Source: Candidatus Methanosuratincola thermotaenarum (GTDB lineage Archaea > Thermoproteota > Methanomethylicia > Methanomethylicales > Methanomethylicaceae). From it: a DNA stretch of 49,068 nucleotides. Under the pieces are notes generated by a model, which worked only from the letters and a program-made list of their open reading frames with translations, was not told the origin of the DNA and did not search any database. The DNA is taken from assembly GCA_038801655.1 (NCBI GenBank), contig JAULTB010000001.1, positions 1 to 49,068 of the forward strand, read 5' to 3'. Below, piece by piece: positions 35,445-44,649 of this stretch. The first letter of the stretch is position 1, and every line of letters begins with the position of its first letter. The translations under genes and the position numbers were made by a program.

Positions 35445-36498
35445 CAGATAGACCCCCGGGCCTGCTCATTCTCCTGAGCTTCTTCCTGTAGTAGTTGAGA
35501 GGGTGCTTGACGTCTCTGCAGAACTCATCCATGCCGACACATAGGCCGAAAGACCTGAGCACGTCGCATTTCGGAGGTTTGTACCTAGTCCTTGAACCGA
35601 TCATCCCTGCTATGTGCTCGATCTGGTACCTTGCCTTCCCCTCGTCGAAATCCGCAACATTCCCGAAGAGCTTTAGCACCTCGTCAACACTTTCGCCAAC
35701 ATTCACCATGAACGTGGTAAGTGCGAACCTTGCCATGTGCGAAAGGCTTTTACCGGCCTTGACGTCTTCCATAATTGCGACTATGCAAGGCGGTCTGGCA
35801 TCGCTGACAAGGCCCTGGGGCAGCTCATCATCAAACCGCATATTTTCTTGAGCATACTTCAGTATCTCATCAAGGTACGGCGCGAGTGTTTCGGGAATCC
35901 GGAAATTCTTCAGCTCCCTCTCGGAAGCCCTCCTGATGATCTTGGTCTTGAAGCCCTCGGAAATGAGCCTGGCAAGGCTCCCGAAATTGAGGAAGACCCG
36001 CCCCCCCTTTACGTATCTGTTGATCAGCTTCCAGTGGGGATCGTTGAAGCTGGTGGCTGCCTCGAGGTATGATTGGAGAGGGATGCTGAACGGCAGCTCC
36101 TCCCATTCGAGCCTTAGGTTAACGGACTCGATCTCCCATGAAAAACCAGACTTTGCGATCTCTAATACCCTATCCCTTGACTCTCTCCTAAGCTCCTCCT
36201 CCACCCGTTTGGCCTCAATCGTGGCAAACCTGTTGAGAATCCAGTTGGACTTGCTTCCGTAAACAAGTGCAAGTGCGAGCGGGTAAGATATTATCTCAGA
36301 CTCCGGATCAGACAGATCAGCCGGCCTTATGTTCCTGTCTATGCTGTCCTTTATCCTCGTCAACGCCTTGCGCAGTACGGCTGAATACTCCTCGGCTGCG
36401 AGATCGCCGAGGTTCAGCTGCATGCTCTCGATATATGCTATTGATTGTTTCAGAAATGGGTATTTGGCGAGGTCTTCCTTGGTCAGCATCAGGCTCAT
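35416..36498 (-). CDS. priL: DNA primase large subunit PriL
   Basis: 360 aa. The Fe-S domain blocks are RPPCIVAIMEDVKAGKSLSHMARFALTTFMVNVG and YKPPKCDVLRSFGLC. It overlaps priS by 29 nt. Confidence 0.9.
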   Translation of the reverse strand: MSLMLTKEDLAKYPFLKQSIAYIESMQLNLGDLAAEEYSAVLRKALTRIKDSIDRNIRPADLSDPESEIISYPLALALVYGSKSNWILNRFATIEAKRVEEELRRESRDRVLEIAKSGFSWEIESVNLRLEWEELPFSIPLQSYLEAATSFNDPHWKLINRYVKGGRVFLNFGSLARLISEGFKTKIIRRASERELKNFRIPETLAPYLDEILKYAQENMRFDDELPQGLVSDARPPCIVAIMEDVKAGKSLSHMARFALTTFMVNVGESVDEVLKLFGNVADFDEGKARYQIEHIAGMIGSRTRYKPPKCDVLRSFGLCVGMDEFCRDVKHPLNYYRKKLRRMSRPGGLSGARDRKKGV

Positions 36499-36511
36499 CT
36501 ATCAACTCTGG

Positions 36512-37264
36512 CTACTCCGACTCCATCCTCGGGGCCAGGTAGTAGACTATCTTGCCTCCGCTGGAGAGGTTGAAGTCCAGCCTCAGCGGCATATCCTTGG
36601 AGAACATGATCGCCACTATCTCCGCCAACGATGCCGCCGTCATCATCTTGCTGAGGTAGTTCAGGCTGTAGAGTGCCTGTGAGGGCTCCTTTACCTCGAC
36701 GGAAAGAAGCTCCCCGCTCTCCTTAGTGATCACGACCTCAACCTCGCCCCTGTCTCCGCTCGCGGTGATCTTCATCTGCCCGTCTTCGACCGACATCCGG
36801 ACAAAGTCGCTCACCACTTCTGCATCCTTGATAGCCTCAGTGATCGTGGAAGCTGGGGCTTTCACTGTGACGTTGAAAGGGATCCGTGGTACCGAGAGCT
36901 CCTCCTTTCCGGTGTCCAGAAGCGGCAATGAGAAAGTTCTCGTAGTCTTCCCCTTGAGCCTCATCCTTAGCCGTGCCTCGTCCTCGCCTTTTTCGATCTC
37001 AAGCTTCTCGTTCGAGCCTGCCCTCCTCATTACATTCTTCATATCCTCGAAATTGACGCCGATTGGGACTTCGCCAGAGCACTCATAGCTCTCGAAAGCC
37101 CCCTTGGGGAGATCCAGGTCAACCATCGCAACCCTCGATGGATCCATGGCCCTCAACTTTATCCCTGACGGGTCAGCTACAAATACACCCTCGTCCACGA
37201 GGGTTGAGACCGACTCAATTATGCTCTTCCAGACCCTGCTGTCGGCGAGAACCGCTTTAAACAC
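36512..37264 (-). CDS. pcn: DNA polymerase sliding clamp (PCNA)
   Basis: 250 aa with MFKAVLADSRVWKSIIESVSTLVDEGVF...GIKLRAMDPSRVAMVDL. The start codon is GTG. Confidence 0.92.
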   Translation of the reverse strand: MFKAVLADSRVWKSIIESVSTLVDEGVFVADPSGIKLRAMDPSRVAMVDLDLPKGAFESYECSGEVPIGVNFEDMKNVMRRAGSNEKLEIEKGEDEARLRMRLKGKTTRTFSLPLLDTGKEELSVPRIPFNVTVKAPASTITEAIKDAEVVSDFVRMSVEDGQMKITASGDRGEVEVVITKESGELLSVEVKEPSQALYSLNYLSKMMTAASLAEIVAIMFSKDMPLRLDFNLSSGGKIVYYLAPRMESE

Positions 37265-37382
37265 ATTCGTCCCTCCAGCTCAACCTATAAACTGTCTTAA
37301 TACTTAAGAACTGCTGTTTGTGGGCAGCATCAGCCTCACGACTGGGGATCGTGGCTAAATTAATTGGAATTGTTCTGAATCC

Positions 37383-37721
37383 TTATTCATATTCGCGCCA
37401 TGTTGCCCCGCACTTCGTGCAACGGTAGAATCGCGTGGAAGGTTCATCTGCGCTCCTCGTCTGCATCATCCAGTAAAAAGCCTCTATATTGCCGCACTTC
37501 TTGCACTCTGCCTTGGTTACTGGGAGTGTCATCTCCTTGCTGGGATCGCCGTCCTTCACAATGACTGTTTCGCTCTTCTTCTCCAGAACCTCGACGAACC
37601 TTTGAGCACTCTCTACGCCGATGCTCTTCTCGAACTTGCACTTCCTGCAGACGAGTACTTTCCTCTTCCTGTCCTCAAGAAGTATGCAGTTGCAGTTAGG
37701 GCAGAACTCCAAAGTTGACCC
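37383..37721 (-). CDS. tfs: Transcription elongation/cleavage factor TFS (RpoM-like)
   Basis: The N-terminal ribbon is FCPNCNCIL...VCRKCKFE. The C-terminal ribbon is CKKCGNIEAFYWMMQTRSADEPSTRFYRCTKCGATWREY. The track ORF starts at 37775. The TTG at 37721 (L-E-F-C-P-N-C) would give the usual length of about 112 aa. Confidence 0.9.
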   Translation of the reverse strand, partial: GSTLEFCPNCNCILLEDRKRKVLVCRKCKFEKSIGVESAQRFVEVLEKKSETVIVKDGDPSKEMTLPVTKAECKKCGNIEAFYWMMQTRSADEPSTRFYRCTKCGATWREYE

Positions 37722-37923
37722 CCAGCGAAAATCCACCACTCTTGATTTAACCCTTTCGGCGGGAAGCCCCTTCATTAAGCTTTGGAATGAGGGATGATTA
37801 CTACTGCTGCCAGTACGCGGTCACTTCTTCAGCCTTAATGAGCTTTCCAAGAATTCTGGTGAGTTGTTGAAGTTCGAATAGGTCATTATGCACCAGTGTA
37901 GGCAGTTAAATGCTCTAGTGCGG

Positions 37924-38274
37924 TCATTTCTTTTCAGGACTTCTACTCCCTTGGTACTCCCTCAGCCCCTCAATGATCGCCGAAGCCTGCTTCAAGTTCC
38001 TCGCCGGTATTTGCTCTTTAAGGATCCCGTGCCCCGCGAGCCAATCCTCGAGCTCAGACGCGCCTTGCAGCGCAAGGAGACCTTCTCCTGTTGCAAATGA
38101 TTTTATCTCCTCGATGTATCCCGATGTTTGAAGCCATTCGATAAGCCCCTCTGTAGTGTTGGCTTCGCAGGAGGCGATTGTGTCTATCCACCCTCCCCTA
38201 AATATAATGATCAGGATTCTTCCCATTCCTGGAATTGCGTCTATGTACGCAATCCTGGCCTCTCTCTTTGCCAC
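37924..38274 (-). CDS. Hypothetical protein (116 aa), unknown function
   Basis: The sequence is MAKREARIAYIDAIPGMGRILIIIFRGGWIDTIASCE...GLIEWLQTSGYIEEIKSF... I recognise no motif. It starts 4 nt after the stop of the RNase III-like gene, so the two appear to form an operon. Confidence 0.55.
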   Translation of the reverse strand: MAKREARIAYIDAIPGMGRILIIIFRGGWIDTIASCEANTTEGLIEWLQTSGYIEEIKSFATGEGLLALQGASELEDWLAGHGILKEQIPARNLKQASAIIEGLREYQGSRSPEKK

Positions 38275-38277
38275 CCT

Positions 38278-38769
38278 TCATGCCCCCCTGCCTGGTCCGC
38301 AGATCCTCCTCATAGCCGTCAGGAACAGCACCGCGAATGCCTTGGCAGCAGCCTCTTCCTCCTCGCTCCTTCTCTCGCACTTCATTCCCCTGAGCCCCGA
38401 CTCGACCACGCCCACCGCCTCTTCGAGTGTAAGGAGGTCATTTGTCCATGCATATGCGAGTGCCCCCTCGACAATGTCGCCCCGCTCTCCATGGTTGAGC
38501 CTAGCTGGGACCTTTAACCCCGACATCGAAAGGGATCTAGAGAGGACCTTGTCTGGCACTTTGCCTCCAAATGGTCTTCCTGAAGACCTGGACTTGGCGG
38601 ACGAGTAAACGAGGTTCACGAACGAGTCCCCGAGTCTCGAGAGCCCTTTGTCCTTAGACAGCGCTAGAATCATCTCGTACGCATCCCTAATCGGGGCATC
38701 CCCCAAGAGTTTCACCGCTAGGCGAATAATCCCTTTGCTCCAAAAATATCTTATGGGCAAACAAAGCAA
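38278..38769 (-). CDS. RNase III-like domain protein (putative)
   Basis: LSRLGDSFVNLVYSSAKS resembles the RNase III signature (ExLExLGDAxLxL). ERGDIVEGALAYAW resembles the second catalytic block (DxxEAxxGAxY). The first glutamate of the signature is not evident. The start is uncertain: candidates are the TTG at 38769, a GTG about 54 nt downstream in LAVKLL, or a later ATG. Confidence 0.45.
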   Translation of the reverse strand: MLCLPIRYFWSKGIIRLAVKLLGDAPIRDAYEMILALSKDKGLSRLGDSFVNLVYSSAKSRSSGRPFGGKVPDKVLSRSLSMSGLKVPARLNHGERGDIVEGALAYAWTNDLLTLEEAVGVVESGLRGMKCERRSEEEEAAAKAFAVLFLTAMRRICGPGRGA

Positions 38770-38830
38770 AAACAGCTGGACAACAGCTCGGCGGAATAAT
38801 TCCTGAGCAATTGTTTGTCTGCCCTAGGTC

Positions 38831-39106
38831 TCATGTGCTTGACTTAACCTTCTCTTTGAACTCCTCGACTTCCTTCCCCATCCTGCTAAGGGCCTCAGCG
38901 ACTGCAACCCGCGGCGCGAACCCCTCTTCCGTCACCACTACAACCCTTATGCCTCCAGTCAACGGGTGTATTATGTCGTATCCAGCCTGCTTAACGCCCT
39001 TGAGTGAGATTAGGGTCGCCCTGAGGTAGTTCCCAAGCGTGTGGTCCTCTCCGGGTATCTCTAGCTCTAGCCTGTTCTTCCCTTCGCTTATGACTTTGAC
39101 CTCCAT
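38831..39106 (-). CDS. rpoL: DNA-directed RNA polymerase subunit L (Rpo11)
   Basis: 91 aa with MEVKVISEGKNRLELEIPGEDHTLGNYLRATL...AGYDIIHPL. Confidence 0.9.
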   Translation of the reverse strand: MEVKVISEGKNRLELEIPGEDHTLGNYLRATLISLKGVKQAGYDIIHPLTGGIRVVVVTEEGFAPRVAVAEALSRMGKEVEEFKEKVKSST

Positions 39107-39113
39107 AATGAAT

Positions 39114-39668
39114 CTACTCCTTCAGAAGGTATAGCCTGGATATCTTCTTCTTCTCCGATATATTGTCATTGGTGCAGTAGAGCCTCCCCTTCTTCAGCAC
39201 GAGGTCCCCGCCGCACTTCGTGCAGGTGGCGTATATCACTCCCAGATCGTCATCGACCGTCGATAGCTGGTAGGGCGCCCATCCAGTCGTGACCTTCGCA
39301 AGGATCCTGTCATTCAGGTTCACGGCGTCGAATATGCTCTTGGTGTAATCCTTTGAAACCTGCGAAACATGCAACTGCGCTGAGAAGTCCCCCGTCAGCG
39401 GCTTCTTCCCTTTTATCTCCACGATCTTAACTAGCGCGACGTCCTCTTTCATTCCAACCACGATCCCCTCGACCGTGTCGCCGACTTCTGGCACCGCGAC
39501 CTTCTTGCCTGGGACCACGCCTACACTCCTGTTCTTGGGGTCTACCTCAAGCTCCCCTGCCATGCTGGAGAAGATCTTTCCGTCCTCCTCATAAGTGCCG
39601 CTCCCCGGAATGTACTCCTCTATTACCCCAAGTTTTTCCCCGGGAGAGACTATCTTTGTTCTTGACAT
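39114..39668 (-). CDS. csl4: Exosome complex RNA-binding protein Csl4
   Basis: 184 aa with PGEKLGVIEEYIPGSGTYEEDGKIFS, an S1-like core (GDTVEGIVVGMKEDVALVKI) and the zinc ribbon CTKCGGDLVLKKGRLYC. Confidence 0.88.
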   Translation of the reverse strand: MSRTKIVSPGEKLGVIEEYIPGSGTYEEDGKIFSSMAGELEVDPKNRSVGVVPGKKVAVPEVGDTVEGIVVGMKEDVALVKIVEIKGKKPLTGDFSAQLHVSQVSKDYTKSIFDAVNLNDRILAKVTTGWAPYQLSTVDDDLGVIYATCTKCGGDLVLKKGRLYCTNDNISEKKKISRLYLLKE

Positions 39669-40330
39669 GTTTGCCTGCCCCTCACTATCCTGAATAGATA
39701 AGCCTCAAAGGCATATGATCTCTTTTTATGGAAGTGATAGGTCGGCGAGAGTTTTATCTTTAACGGAAGCATTTCGTCGATCCGACCGCCGCACTCCGAC
39801 ACGAACGTTGACAAAAACCCCCTCACTGCCTCGCCGCCCTTGTGTATCGAGTATACCCTAGGGGCGATCTCGAGGCTCTTTCGGATGAAGGCTCTATCCG
39901 AGCCCCTAACCCTGACCCCGAATGGGGGGTTCTGGACAACCACATCAGCATCAAGCTCGAGTCTGCTAACCTCTGAGTTGATAAAGTCAACGGATGAAGC
40001 CACAGAGAGCATCTGACACGTTTCCCTTGCCTTGAGGATAGACCCAATGTCGATGTCGACCCCAACGACATACTCCGCCCCCATCAGCGCTACCCCAGCG
40101 GTGAGCATCCCCGTCCCGCACCCGAGATCTACGATCCGCTTCCCTCGGACGTCCTGGTGCCTCATCTCGATGTACCATATGACCTCGGCTGCGAGCTGTG
40201 CTGGGAGCCTGTACTGCTCGTAGGCGATGTTCGGCCCCTCGAAATCTCTGACCTTTTCAAGAAGGATCTCTAGCCCTCTCTTCGACCTGGGGGGGCTTCG
40301 CCCTTCAAGCCCGCTGCGTGAAGGCTGCAT
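39650..40330 (-). CDS. SAM-dependent methyltransferase, METTL5-like (predicted RNA methylase)
   Basis: It has YEQYRLPAQLAAEV, the SAM motif VDLGCGTGMLTAGVALMGA..VVGVDID and the catalytic NPPFG. It overlaps csl4 by 19 nt. Confidence 0.78.
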   Translation of the reverse strand: MQPSRSGLEGRSPPRSKRGLEILLEKVRDFEGPNIAYEQYRLPAQLAAEVIWYIEMRHQDVRGKRIVDLGCGTGMLTAGVALMGAEYVVGVDIDIGSILKARETCQMLSVASSVDFINSEVSRLELDADVVVQNPPFGVRVRGSDRAFIRKSLEIAPRVYSIHKGGEAVRGFLSTFVSECGGRIDEMLPLKIKLSPTYHFHKKRSYAFEAYLFRIVRGRQTCQEQR

Positions 40331-40347
40331 TGCTATCCTCCAACCGC

Positions 40348-41313
40348 TTATCTCTTGCCGGGCTTAATGAACTCGAGCATCTTCCATGCCTCTGCCTCGT
40401 TCAAGACTGGTCTGTTAGGATCCTGGTACGCGTCCGTTGCGATCCTCGGGCATCCGGTTACGATGAATGCCTCAATGAATGGGAATGCCGAAAGCCTCTC
40501 GGGGCTGACTTCATCGCCGACCAGTTGATATGCCTCCCTGCCCGCCGCCCTGAGCCCTGCTGCAATCTTTTCTGCGGACCTTATGGCGAACTGCCCGGGC
40601 TTGGTCACCACAATTACCCCAAAACGCTTTGACTTCGCAGCTTCCATTATCGCCCACCACCGCTGCGAAAGAGTCTTCTTAACTATCTCGGCGGTGCTCC
40701 TGACCTCATTCCTGTATGGATCCGCGATGAATACCTCTCTCTCAACATCCATTGCAACCCCGAGGGGGTGGAATTCACCTCCACCTATGAAGAGGAAAGC
40801 GTCCACCTCGCCTTCAATCCTCTTAGCGCCGCCGGTACGGCAGCCAAGAACAAGCCCGCCTGTCTGCTTGTCGACAACGGGGGCAATCCCCGCGACCTCC
40901 AGTGCCCTGACGAACTCCCCGACATGCTCTATATGCTGGACATTAGCAAGGACCCCTGCCCTCATGAACCCCCTCTTTTTCAATTCAGATGCAGCCCGGC
41001 TGGCCAGGTCCTTGATGTCAACCACATGGGGGGCTGGAAGGTAAATTGTCTGGACCTTTTCTGCCCCCTCGATGAACTTTTTATGCCCTATATGGATTAC
41101 CATGTCTGCCCCAATCATCGCAGCCTTGTCGTCCTCCAAATCGCAGCCTCCGTAGCAGGGGTTTATCGAGACATAGACTTCGCAGATCTTTGAAAGCCTG
41201 GCGATGAAGTCTGCGAGAAACTGCTTAAGCCCATCGGGGGCCTGCACAAAAACCTTCTTTGCCCCCCTACTTTCCACCTCCCCGACTGTCCTCTCGATTT
41301 CAAAATCGTACAC
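40348..41313 (-). CDS. dph2: Diphthamide synthesis protein Dph2 (2-(3-amino-3-carboxypropyl)histidine synthase)
   Basis: 321 aa with MYDFEIERTVGEVESRGAKKVFVQAPDGLK and conserved Cys positions (NPCYGGCD, VTGCPRI). Confidence 0.85.
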   Translation of the reverse strand: MYDFEIERTVGEVESRGAKKVFVQAPDGLKQFLADFIARLSKICEVYVSINPCYGGCDLEDDKAAMIGADMVIHIGHKKFIEGAEKVQTIYLPAPHVVDIKDLASRAASELKKRGFMRAGVLANVQHIEHVGEFVRALEVAGIAPVVDKQTGGLVLGCRTGGAKRIEGEVDAFLFIGGGEFHPLGVAMDVEREVFIADPYRNEVRSTAEIVKKTLSQRWWAIMEAAKSKRFGVIVVTKPGQFAIRSAEKIAAGLRAAGREAYQLVGDEVSPERLSAFPFIEAFIVTGCPRIATDAYQDPNRPVLNEAEAWKMLEFIKPGKR

Positions 41314-41385
41314 TCTTTCACCCTCAAAAAACAGGGGTTGACTGACCGGGCTGAAGACTGGGAAAGGTGGGCGTTCTTATGCCCT

Positions 41386-41886
41386 TCAGTTCACTTCTAT
41401 TACCCTGCAGGGCATTGGCATCTTCGCACAGGCTAGCTTCAGCGCTTGCCTTGCCACGTCCTTCTTATCCGGATTGACCCTGACGTCTATTATGGGCTGC
41501 ATTGCCCTGAACCTGGCGGCAGTGCCGGCTGGTTTCCCGAAGGACCTCCTCATACCGTCCTGTAGCCTGTCCGCCCCTGCGAATGCCATCATCTTGTTTT
41601 CCCTGAGCACCTGGTGCGGATAAGCCCTGACCTTCAAGTGAAAGCCCTTTTCTCCAAGGATGGTCTGCAGGTGCTTTGTCGCGATCACCCTCGCTGCCTC
41701 AAGCGCATTGTGTCTTATCTGTCCCGCCTCCAGCGGGATCAGCCTGACGAGCGCTTGGAAGTCTCCGTTCGGGTCGCCGTAGTCGAACTTGGTGATCTTC
41801 GACCCAGGGACACCTCTTATGTACTCCTTTCTTGTGTAAGCCGGCGTATCGAAATACCGGTAGCAGTGTGCCGGTCTCTCTGGCAT
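41386..41886 (-). CDS. rpl10e: 50S ribosomal protein L10e (uL16)
   Basis: The sequence begins MPERPAHCYRYFDTPAYTRKEYIRGVPGSKITKFDYG. The internal ATG at 41886 is preceded by a GGAGGA Shine-Dalgarno 6 nt upstream. The track ORF starts at 41910. Confidence 0.92.
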   Translation of the reverse strand: MPERPAHCYRYFDTPAYTRKEYIRGVPGSKITKFDYGDPNGDFQALVRLIPLEAGQIRHNALEAARVIATKHLQTILGEKGFHLKVRAYPHQVLRENKMMAFAGADRLQDGMRRSFGKPAGTAARFRAMQPIIDVRVNPDKKDVARQALKLACAKMPMPCRVIEVN

Positions 41887-41933
41887 GATTATTCCTCCGA
41901 ATGCTTCCAAATGGAAGTGAAATCCTTAGTATT

Positions 41934-42536
41934 TTAGCTTTTCCATGCTCTCTTAGGGCCTTTCGCCTTCCAGGTCATTTTCATGACCACAATGCTCTCG
42001 AATTCGAAATCCCTGCGCCCTACCACATGGGCATCAAGTCCTTCCGACTCCGCCCTCTCAATGCTCTCATTTATCCCATTGAGGCTGGACTGTAGCATGT
42101 ATGCCCTTCCGCCCGGGCTCAGGAAATCGCCGACCTCTGAGATGAACCTGTCTATGATCAGCCTGCCTGAAGCCCCCCCGCTCCAGGCTAGATCAGCCGG
42201 GTCCCCGTCCCCATCTGGTAGGTAAGGCGGGTTGATTAATATCAAGTCGAACTCTCCACGAAGGGGCGAGAAGAGATCTCCGATGACTGCATGCACCCTC
42301 ATGCCATTCTCCCTGTAGTTCAGAAGGGTATTCATCGCAGCCGCCGGGTTCAGGTCAACCGCGACCATTTCCACTACGCGGCTGGCTATACTCAGCCCTA
42401 CAGCGCCGGTTCCGGAGCAGAGCTCTAGCCCTCTCGCTGCCCTCTCTCCGCTAACCGCGTCCATCAGCAAGAATGTGTCCTCTGAAGGGGGGTATACCCC
42501 GTCAAAGACTCGTATCTCGAGCCCCCTTATCCTCAA
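41934..42536 (-). CDS. HemK/Mtq2-type N5-glutamine methyltransferase
   Basis: 200 aa with VYPPSEDTFLLMDA, the SAM motif LELCSGTGAVGL and the catalytic INPPYLP. Confidence 0.8.
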   Translation of the reverse strand: MRIRGLEIRVFDGVYPPSEDTFLLMDAVSGERAARGLELCSGTGAVGLSIASRVVEMVAVDLNPAAAMNTLLNYRENGMRVHAVIGDLFSPLRGEFDLILINPPYLPDGDGDPADLAWSGGASGRLIIDRFISEVGDFLSPGGRAYMLQSSLNGINESIERAESEGLDAHVVGRRDFEFESIVVMKMTWKAKGPKRAWKS

Positions 42537-43368
42537 TGCATACCGCCCCCAACCTCGAAAACGCTCTGCTTATCTCCAAGAAATCGCTTGGACTGAGCTC
42601 GAAGACCCTTTTCTCTATCAGCCCGCCTCCAATCATGGCTTCAAGCGATGCCCTGTCTATGCCCCTCGACTTAGAGAACGTCTCAAGGGCTTTTCTAATG
42701 GTCCTCCTCCTCTGTGAGAAGAGGAATTTGAGCGTCGCGTCGAGCGCCTTCCACTCTGCCGAATTTTGCGCCTCTATCTTTTTTATAGCGACTACTGTGC
42801 TCTTCACGCTCGGGGCGGGGTAGAACGACTCAGGAGGGAAATCGGCTACTGCCTTTACCTCGGCTAATAGCGATACGGCCACACTAAGCCTCGAATAATC
42901 AGGGTCAGAAGGTTTTGCCCGAAGTCTGTCTGCAACCTCCTTCTGGTAGGTGAATGCCCCGAACCTGAACCCCCTTTCCGAGAGCAGCTTGAAGGTTATT
43001 GGCGTTGATATTGAGTAGGGGAGGTTCGAGACGACCTTGTCGACCTTGGGCAACTCGATCCTCAGGATATCTGCCTTGATGACCTCTACATTTGATCCAG
43101 AGAACTTTTCTGACAGATACCTGGCGGAGGCCGGGTCGTTCTCTACGGCTATGACTTTCCTTGCCTTCTTGCTTATCTCCTCTGTCAGCGTTCCTATCCC
43201 GGGCCCTATCTCGAGCACGGTCTCGTTCCCAGAGATTGCTGCAGAATCCAATAGGCACTTGATCAGTGCAGGATCAACGACATAGTTTTGACCATGGGAT
43301 TTGCTCGGCCTTATGCCAGCCTCCTCCAACGCCCTCTTTGTGAGCGCGAGGAGCGAACGGTCGGTCAA
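42502..43368 (-). CDS. rsmA: 16S rRNA (adenine1518/1519-N6)-dimethyltransferase KsgA/Dim1
   Basis: 288 aa with SHGQNYVVD, LEIGPGIGTLT, AVENDP and SNLPYSISTPI. It overlaps the downstream methyltransferase gene by 35 nt. Confidence 0.9.
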   Translation of the reverse strand: MTDRSLLALTKRALEEAGIRPSKSHGQNYVVDPALIKCLLDSAAISGNETVLEIGPGIGTLTEEISKKARKVIAVENDPASARYLSEKFSGSNVEVIKADILRIELPKVDKVVSNLPYSISTPITFKLLSERGFRFGAFTYQKEVADRLRAKPSDPDYSRLSVAVSLLAEVKAVADFPPESFYPAPSVKSTVVAIKKIEAQNSAEWKALDATLKFLFSQRRRTIRKALETFSKSRGIDRASLEAMIGGGLIEKRVFELSPSDFLEISRAFSRLGAVCIEDKGARDTSL

Positions 43369-43370
43369 GA

Positions 43371-43970
43371 TCAGAATTCCTTCCTCATAGGAGGCTTGGT
43401 GAAGATGTAGTACTTGTCTTCATTCATAATCTCCTGCATTATCCTCTTCACAATCGTCTTCTTCGGATCCGGTATGCGCGTCCTGCTCTGGATGTCGTCG
43501 AAGCTCGCAAAGGGCCCCTTCTTCCTCTCCTCGAGGATCTGCCACATCGCCTTCTTACCTATCCCTGGGAGGAGCTCCAGTGAGTGCATCCTGGTGGTCA
43601 CAGGCCCGGCGTTGTTGAAGAACGCGACGAACCTCTCCGTGTTTTTGGTCACGAGCTCCTCTATGACGCTCGGGAGCTCATCCTTTGCATTCTGGGTGAG
43701 CTCCTCGTAGTCGATCCTCCTCTTCACGTGGTCGATCTTGTCCCTGCCCCACTTTCCTATCGCGATGAGCTCCCTGTGCTGGAACGATGCCCCTGGTACT
43801 GGGATCAGCTCGAGTAGCGTAAAGTACTCCGTCCCCACCGCTTGGACCAGCGGCTCCCTCCTGTACAGCGGCCTGGTGTCCCTAGGATGTCCGTAGGGGA
43901 GGTGCTCCAGGACAACAGCGAAGTCTTCAAATTTTCTCGGCTGATCCCTCTGGCTGCTCATAACTCTCAC
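43371..43970 (-). CDS. DUF655-family protein (conserved archaeal OB/HhH protein upstream of ksgA)
   Basis: 199 aa with AVVLEHLPYGH, VGTEYFTLLELIP and C-terminal HhH-like MHSLELLPGIGKKAMWQILEER. It has the conserved position next to ksgA. AT-rich promoter-like DNA lies upstream (43971-44020). Confidence 0.7.
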   Translation of the reverse strand: MRVMSSQRDQPRKFEDFAVVLEHLPYGHPRDTRPLYRREPLVQAVGTEYFTLLELIPVPGASFQHRELIAIGKWGRDKIDHVKRRIDYEELTQNAKDELPSVIEELVTKNTERFVAFFNNAGPVTTRMHSLELLPGIGKKAMWQILEERKKGPFASFDDIQSRTRIPDPKKTIVKRIMQEIMNEDKYYIFTKPPMRKEF

Positions 43971-44020
43971 CGTTTAAGCGCTCTATTTACATTATTAGAT
44001 GCATTAAAATAGATATAGGC

Positions 44021-44350
44021 TTACCTGAACATGTTGATGATGCTCAGGATCTTCTCGAGCTCGGAGGGAAGGACAGGTCTGCTTTCTGCGGAGAATATCG
44101 TCCTAAGCTCCTCGACACTCATAGGCAAGATGTTTACTATCTGTGTCGCGAGCGTTCCTGAGATGCCTTCCTCCTTCAGCCTGGACAGCAGGGCGTCCGC
44201 TTTCTCGGCATCAAGCTTCGAGAACTTGGCCGCATAGTCATAGGTGATCTTCTGGAGGTGGCTCAGCTCCCCGTCCTTTTGGCGCTGCTCAATCAGCATT
44301 TTGACCTTGGGGAGCGTAACCTCTTCTTCCTTAACAATCTCTCTGGGCAT
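44021..44350 (-). CDS. rpoF: DNA-directed RNA polymerase subunit F (Rpo4)
   Basis: 109 aa with TLPKVKMLIEQRQKDGELSHLQKITYDYAAKFSKL...ATQIVNILPMSVEELRTIF. Confidence 0.82.
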   Translation of the reverse strand: MPREIVKEEEVTLPKVKMLIEQRQKDGELSHLQKITYDYAAKFSKLDAEKADALLSRLKEEGISGTLATQIVNILPMSVEELRTIFSAESRPVLPSELEKILSIINMFR

Positions 44351-44647
44351 TCACTGCCCCTCTATCGGCTTTATGTGCTCAGGTCTTGCGATGATAGTCT
44401 TCTCAAACCCGCCCATATGGACCCTGATGACGTATGCCCTGCCCCTCTTCTCGACCACAGTGCCGGTCCTCCCGTGGAACCTCCTGTGCGGCATCCCCTT
44501 TACCGTGGACGGGTCTATCTTGATCGTGACCTTCTCGCCCTCAGCGTAATCCCTGAGTATCCTGTTGATTGGGGAGAGCCCCCTCTCTCTCGGGCCCTTC
44601 TTAAGAAGGGTTCTGGTCCTGTTCCTGTAACCAACCGAATGCCTCAT
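44351..44647 (-). CDS. rpl21e: 50S ribosomal protein L21e
   Basis: 98 aa with MRHSVGYRNRTRTLL...GMPHRRFHGRTGTVVEKRGRAYVIRV...RPEHIKP. Confidence 0.93.
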   Translation of the reverse strand: MRHSVGYRNRTRTLLKKGPRERGLSPINRILRDYAEGEKVTIKIDPSTVKGMPHRRFHGRTGTVVEKRGRAYVIRVHMGGFEKTIIARPEHIKPIEGQ

Positions 44648-44649
44648 AT

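Noticed and set aside
37776-37923. C/D box sRNA between tfs and the hypothetical gene (GGGATGATTA, CTGAAG strings)
   Set aside because: No proper RUGAUGA C box paired with a terminal CUGA D box at 50-70 nt spacing is present, and there are no complementary termini on either strand.
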